A DNA stretch of 64,000 bases from Treponemataceae bacterium (GTDB lineage Bacteria; Spirochaetota; Spirochaetia; Treponematales; Rectinemataceae): assembly GCA_963677895.2 (NCBI GenBank), contig CAXXGJ010000006.1:392626-456625 (forward strand). The letters are read 5' to 3'. Positions 59,647-64,000 of this stretch are shown piece by piece. Position numbers and translations under genes: made by a program. Each line of letters begins with the position of its first letter. Within the stretch, counting starts at the first letter, position 1. The notes below the pieces were generated by a model. It was not told where the DNA came from, made no database searches, and was given only the letters and a program-made list of their open reading frames with translations.

Positions 59647-61089
59647 ATGATAGACCGTGACCGCAAGCCCCGGGTGGGGCTTCTCCTCATAACGACGCCG
59701 CGTTTCCGCGATCTCGGCGCTGGCACCGAGCGAGGCGTTTTCTCGGCGCGCAAGGAATCCGAGGCCTCCCGCATAAGCGAAGCCGTTTCGGCCTTCGCCG
59801 ACCCAGTCTTCTCCGGCGTCGTCTACACGCGGGAGGACCTGGCCTCCTCCATGCGCTCTTTCGACGAAGCGGCCGTGGACATGGTCTTCGCCTGTTTCCT
59901 CTCCTGGTCCGACGACTACGCCTGGATCCGTTTCCTCAGGGACATGAAGCCCGTGCCCGTGCTTTTTGCCTCCATCGCCCGCGACAAGCTCGGTTTCGAG
60001 GACTCCCTCAACGAGGACCGATTCGTGGAGTTCCTCTCCGCCGGTTCCCTCGTGGGGATGCTGGAAGCTTCGGGCTCAGCCTCCCGCTTCGATCGGCCGA
60101 TGATGAACCGGGCCTTCGGAACTCTGCGCGAAGTCATGGAAAAGTGCAGAAGCTTCGCTGCGGCCGCCGCCATCCGCGGCAGGCTTCGTGACAGCACGTT
60201 CGGACTCCTGCCTTCCATGAACGAAGTGATGTGGTCCACCTACATCGACGTCTACGACCTCTTCATGAAGGTCGGCCCCGAGATGCGCTTTCTCACGACG
60301 ACAGCCCTGGAGAAGGAGCTGTCCGCCCTGGCGCCGGCCGCGGTCTCCGCCGCGACCGAGCGGATTCTGGCGAGCTATCCTTCCGACCAGAGCGTCGATC
60401 GCGGCAAGATGGAAGCCTCGGTCGCGGCCTCGCTCGCCCTAGAGACCTTGAGCCGCAAGTCGGGCGTCGACGTCCTCGTCCTCAACGACATCGAGCCCAC
60501 CCTCATGCGCCTGCTGGGCCTTCGTCCCGGCTTCACTCCCTGCCCCGGCACCGAGGACGTGACGGTCGTGCCCGAGGGAGACATCGGCGGAGCCCTGGCC
60601 GTCTATGTCATGAAACTGATGACGAAGAAGAGCGTCTTCTTCGCCGAACCCTTCCATGTCGACAACGAAAAGGGCATCTTCGCCGCTGGCCACGCCGGCC
60701 CCAACGATTATACCGATCCCGCGGGAAAGACCATCATCTCGCGCGATGAGCGTTTCGCGCGCACCGATTACAAGCATGCCGGCGCGCCCTTCGCTTGGCA
60801 TACCCTGTCCCCCGGCGAGAAGACCATGGTCCATATTTCGCAGGGCGTGAACGCGCAGGGAGAGAGGCGCTTCAAGCTCGTCTGCGCCCTCGTGGACGCC
60901 CTGCCTTGCCCGCACCACCTCGCTGGCTATTCCCACGGCTTGTTCCGCCCGCGAATGGAGCCGAGGTTGTTTTTCCAGAAGCTCATGGATATCGGCGTTA
61001 CCCAGCATTACGCCATAGCCGCGGGCGACCATCGGGCCACGTTGGCCGATCTCGCCGGCATCATGGATTTCGACTTCCACCGGCTATGA
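59647..61089 (+). CDS. L-fucose/L-arabinose isomerase-family protein
   Basis: PEGDI, FFAE, GHAG, C-terminal G.TQHYA..GD; FucI/AraA-like layout. Confidence 0.78.
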   Translation: MIDRDRKPRVGLLLITTPRFRDLGAGTERGVFSARKESEASRISEAVSAFADPVFSGVVYTREDLASSMRSFDEAAVDMVFACFLSWSDDYAWIRFLRDMKPVPVLFASIARDKLGFEDSLNEDRFVEFLSAGSLVGMLEASGSASRFDRPMMNRAFGTLREVMEKCRSFAAAAAIRGRLRDSTFGLLPSMNEVMWSTYIDVYDLFMKVGPEMRFLTTTALEKELSALAPAAVSAATERILASYPSDQSVDRGKMEASVAASLALETLSRKSGVDVLVLNDIEPTLMRLLGLRPGFTPCPGTEDVTVVPEGDIGGALAVYVMKLMTKKSVFFAEPFHVDNEKGIFAAGHAGPNDYTDPAGKTIISRDERFARTDYKHAGAPFAWHTLSPGEKTMVHISQGVNAQGERRFKLVCALVDALPCPHHLAGYSHGLFRPRMEPRLFFQKLMDIGVTQHYAIAAGDHRATLADLAGIMDFDFHRL

Positions 61090-62093
61090 GCGGCGCGGCG
61101 ACGATAGAAAAGACCAGCGTGAACGGCATTCCCGCCATCCGCCTCCACGCCGGCGGGTATGCCGCGTCGATCTGCCCATCGATGGGCGCGAACTGCTTCC
61201 AGCTCGAACGCGGCGGCGCTTCGTTTCTCCGGACCCCGCCTTCCTTCGAGGTTTTTCGCGAAAATCCCAATGTCTACGGACTGCCTCTCCTTTTTCCGCC
61301 CAACCGCATCCGGGGCGGAAAATATCAGTTCCAGGGAAGGGAATACCGTCTTCCCGTCAATGAAATCGAGCGCGGGAACCATATCCACGGATTCTTGTCC
61401 TCAGCGGAATTCTCGCTCCTCGGCGCGGAGACCGCCGGTGATGCCTGCCGCACGGCCTTCGCCTACGAGGCGACGCGGGAAGCTCCTTACTCGAGCTTCC
61501 CTCACGAATTCCGCGTCGTCCTCAGTTATTCGCTGGATGGACGGGGCCTGACCCAGAGGCTGGAGGTCGAAAACCGTAGCGATTCCGACATGCCCATCGG
61601 CCTCGGTTTTCACGCGGCCTTCAACTGCCCTTTTCTCCCGCTCACTTCGCCCGACGAGTACAGGCTTCAGCTTCCCGTTTCGGAGGAGCTGCTTCTCGAC
61701 GGCGCCACTTTCATCCCCACGGGCGAAGTCTCGCAAGCCAACCACCTCATCTCGGCGTTATGCGGCGAAGGTGTTCGACCTCAGGGCGGCGCCATTTCCA
61801 GCCATTTCCGCGGTGAGCGCGACAGTCCGGGTAGGGCGGTCCTTTCCCACGTCCCGAGCGGGCGGGCTATCGCCTACGAGGCCGATCCGCTCTTCGCTTT
61901 CTGGATGGTCTGGAATCAGGGCGGAGACAAAGGCTTCATCTGCCCCGAGCCCCAGACATGGATGGTGGACGCGCCGAATTCGGCCCTTCTTCCGGAGGAG
62001 AACGGTTTTCGCGCGCTCCATCCCGGGGCGTCGATAGTCTTGAGATCGACGTTGAGCGAAATTAGATACATTAGTGACGTTGAGCGAAATTGA
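61086..62093 (+). CDS. aldose 1-epimerase (mutarotase) family protein
   Basis: PLLFPPNRI..G, NHIHG, GFH, FICPEPQT. Confidence 0.88.
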   Translation: MSGAATIEKTSVNGIPAIRLHAGGYAASICPSMGANCFQLERGGASFLRTPPSFEVFRENPNVYGLPLLFPPNRIRGGKYQFQGREYRLPVNEIERGNHIHGFLSSAEFSLLGAETAGDACRTAFAYEATREAPYSSFPHEFRVVLSYSLDGRGLTQRLEVENRSDSDMPIGLGFHAAFNCPFLPLTSPDEYRLQLPVSEELLLDGATFIPTGEVSQANHLISALCGEGVRPQGGAISSHFRGERDSPGRAVLSHVPSGRAIAYEADPLFAFWMVWNQGGDKGFICPEPQTWMVDAPNSALLPEENGFRALHPGASIVLRSTLSEIRYISDVERN

Positions 62094-62134
62094 AACCGCG
62101 CGAAGCTGATGAATATTCCGGAGAGGAGAGAATC

Positions 62135-64000
62135 ATGAAGAAAAGCAGCATCCAATTTGCCGTAAACGAGAGCGCGAACCGCGTCGTCTGGTCGGCCGCC
62201 GGAACACCGCTCGCGAACGAGGAAAAAGCCGACTTCTGGCGCGTCTTCATGGACGACGACTACGAGAAGGGAAATCCTCATAAAATCATCGTCGCAGCAG
62301 GGCAGGGCTCAGCGAACCCCTTCGGGGCTCGATCTCGTCTACGACGGCCTCGTGGACGAAAAAGGGCGGCGCTACGATGTCCGTCTCGTCGTCCATGTCG
62401 TAAAAACCGAGGCAGAGACGGAGATGTGGGCCGATATCGAAAACCGTGGTTCGGCGAGGGTGAACGAACTCCAGTTGCCCTTCGTCGATCTGAGTTCGGC
62501 ATGCGACGCCGATCGGTCGAAGGACGTCCTCTACCGCTGCAGCGGCCTCGGCGAACGCCTCGCGAACCCCTGGGCGGCGCTCGGCAAAAGCCACAGCGAA
62601 TACATGACGGCCGACTATCGCGAGATATGGTCGCCCCTTGTCTATCCGAGGCCGTCGAGCATGGCCTGGCAGGGCCTCGAGAGCGCCGGCCATTTCCTCT
62701 ACCTCGGGCGCCACGACACCGAATCGCGCACCTGCGTGCTGAACGCGGGCATCAATCCGCGCAACGCCGACCCTCGCCTCATCCTCTCGATATGCCACTA
62801 TCCCCTCGCCCTCAAGGGCGAAAAAATCGAAACGGCGCGATGCTTCCTCGCCCTCTGGGAAGGCGATTGGCGCGAAGGCTCCGACCGCTACGGCGCCTGG
62901 GCGCGCGCTACCTTCTTCAAGCCGGCCGCGAAACCCGAATGGGTCAAGCGCTTCACGGGCTGGCAGCGCGTCATCCTTCGCCACCAGTACGGCGAAGTGT
63001 TCTGGACCTACGCGGACCTTCCCAGGCTCTACGAGGAGGGCACCCGTTACGGCCTCGACTGCCTCATGGTCTTTCGGCTGGTGGAAGGGGCGTTTCGACA
63101 ACGGCTACCCGCTCTACGAGCCCGATCCAGCCTCGGCGGCGCCGAGGGACTCAAGGCCGCGATCAAGGAGATACAGGACAGGGGCGGCCGCGTGGCTCTC
63201 TACACCAACGGAATCCTTATGGACGTGAAATCGGATTTCTACAAGACCACGGGCGAACGTATCGCGTCGAAGGACATCGACGGCAACGTCTACCTCGACC
63301 ATTATCGCTTCGCCGACTCAGGCACGGTCTTGAGGACCTTCGGCTACAAGACTTTCGCCAAGGCCTGCATGTCCAATCCCGAGTGGCCGGAGAAGCTCCT
63401 CGAAAACGGCCGCGTTAAGCTCTCCTTCAACCCGGACTCGATCTTCTACGATCAGATTGGGGGCCACCACTGCTGGCTCTGCTTCGACGCGAAGCATCCC
63501 CACGGAAACCGGGGCGACATGGAGCCTCGATACAGGGCGGCCGCCTTCAAGGCCTTGCGGGGGCTCCTGACCGGCGACAAGGCCCTGGGAAGCGAAAATA
63601 CCGTCGATCTCTTCGCCCCCTACCTCGATTACCATCACGGCTGCGATCTCGGAAACTGGTACGCCGAAAACTGCTTTCCGCAGCTCTTCCTCCGCACCTT
63701 TCCCGAAGCCATCATGACCAACCGTTTCATCCACGACTGCCGGGAGGACTACAAGTTCCAGCTCAATTTCGCCTTTGCCATGGGCTATCGTTTCGATGTG
63801 TCCATCTATCGCGGGCGTGTCGTGGGAATAGCGGGCGAACCCGATTACGCGGCCTATATCCGCAGGCTGATTGATTTAAAGGCGAAGTGGTGCCGATTCT
63901 TCTACGATGGCCGATTCGTGGTGGAGACGTTGTGCGATCTTCCAGAATCCGTGATCATGACGGAGTACCGCCATGGGGATGAGACGCTGCTTGTGTTCAT
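62135..64000 (+). CDS. DUF6259-like putative glycoside hydrolase (TIM-barrel); indels near 62268, 63073 and 63128; 3' truncated by window edge
   Basis: reassembled frames give GWQRVILRHQYGE, FGWWKG.FDNGYP.Y.PD..LGG, LYTNG, C.S.PEW, FYDQIG. Confidence 0.7.

Noticed and set aside
24740..63140. programmed ribosomal frameshifting at the indel sites
   Set aside because: No shared slippery heptamer or stimulator; gene families not known for recoding; mixed +1 and -1 events
1..64000. CRISPR array, rRNA/tRNA, IS, prophage or defence system
   Set aside because: No spaced direct repeats, transposase, integrase, nuclease or structural RNA recognised; short repeats are in-frame micro-duplications

Overview
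GC-rich bacterial chromosomal window made almost entirely of nutrient uptake and catabolic operons. The organism is probably an anaerobic diderm, since most solute-binding proteins have ordinary signal peptides without lipoboxes. A free-living spirochaete is my guess, but this is unproven. I saw no rRNA, tRNA, CRISPR, IS or prophage. Left to right: (1) a sigma-54/PrpR-like controlled operon (2-hydroxyacid dehydrogenase, PrpF isomerase, TctBAC, RraA/HMG-aldolase, aconitase); (2) an Opp/Dpp ABC system with an embedded M14 peptidase; (3) several stand-alone genes; (4) an SDR divergent from an atypical M24 protein and a second TctCBA, then a PL9 pectate lyase, a free-standing CBM77-like protein and a FadR regulator; (5) a GH127 beta-L-arabinofuranosidase divergent from DUF3798 SBP, Xaa-Pro aminopeptidase, GntR, GRE activase and HypD (hydroxyproline dehydratase); (6) a LacI-controlled L-arabinose regulon (araD, YtfQRT-YjfF-like ABC, araA, araB); (7) an uncharacterised sugar locus (GH50-like, ABC, PMI-like, ROK, RpiR, FucI-like isomerase, mutarotase, DUF6259-like). 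The best candidate for an undescribed system is blocks 5 and 6 acting together to use arabinosyl-hydroxyproline (extensin-type) glycopeptides, next to pectin-attack genes. Several regulons can be read directly from shared operator motifs. Eight single-base indels in six genes are most likely assembly errors. All family assignments come from motif recognition, not database searches.
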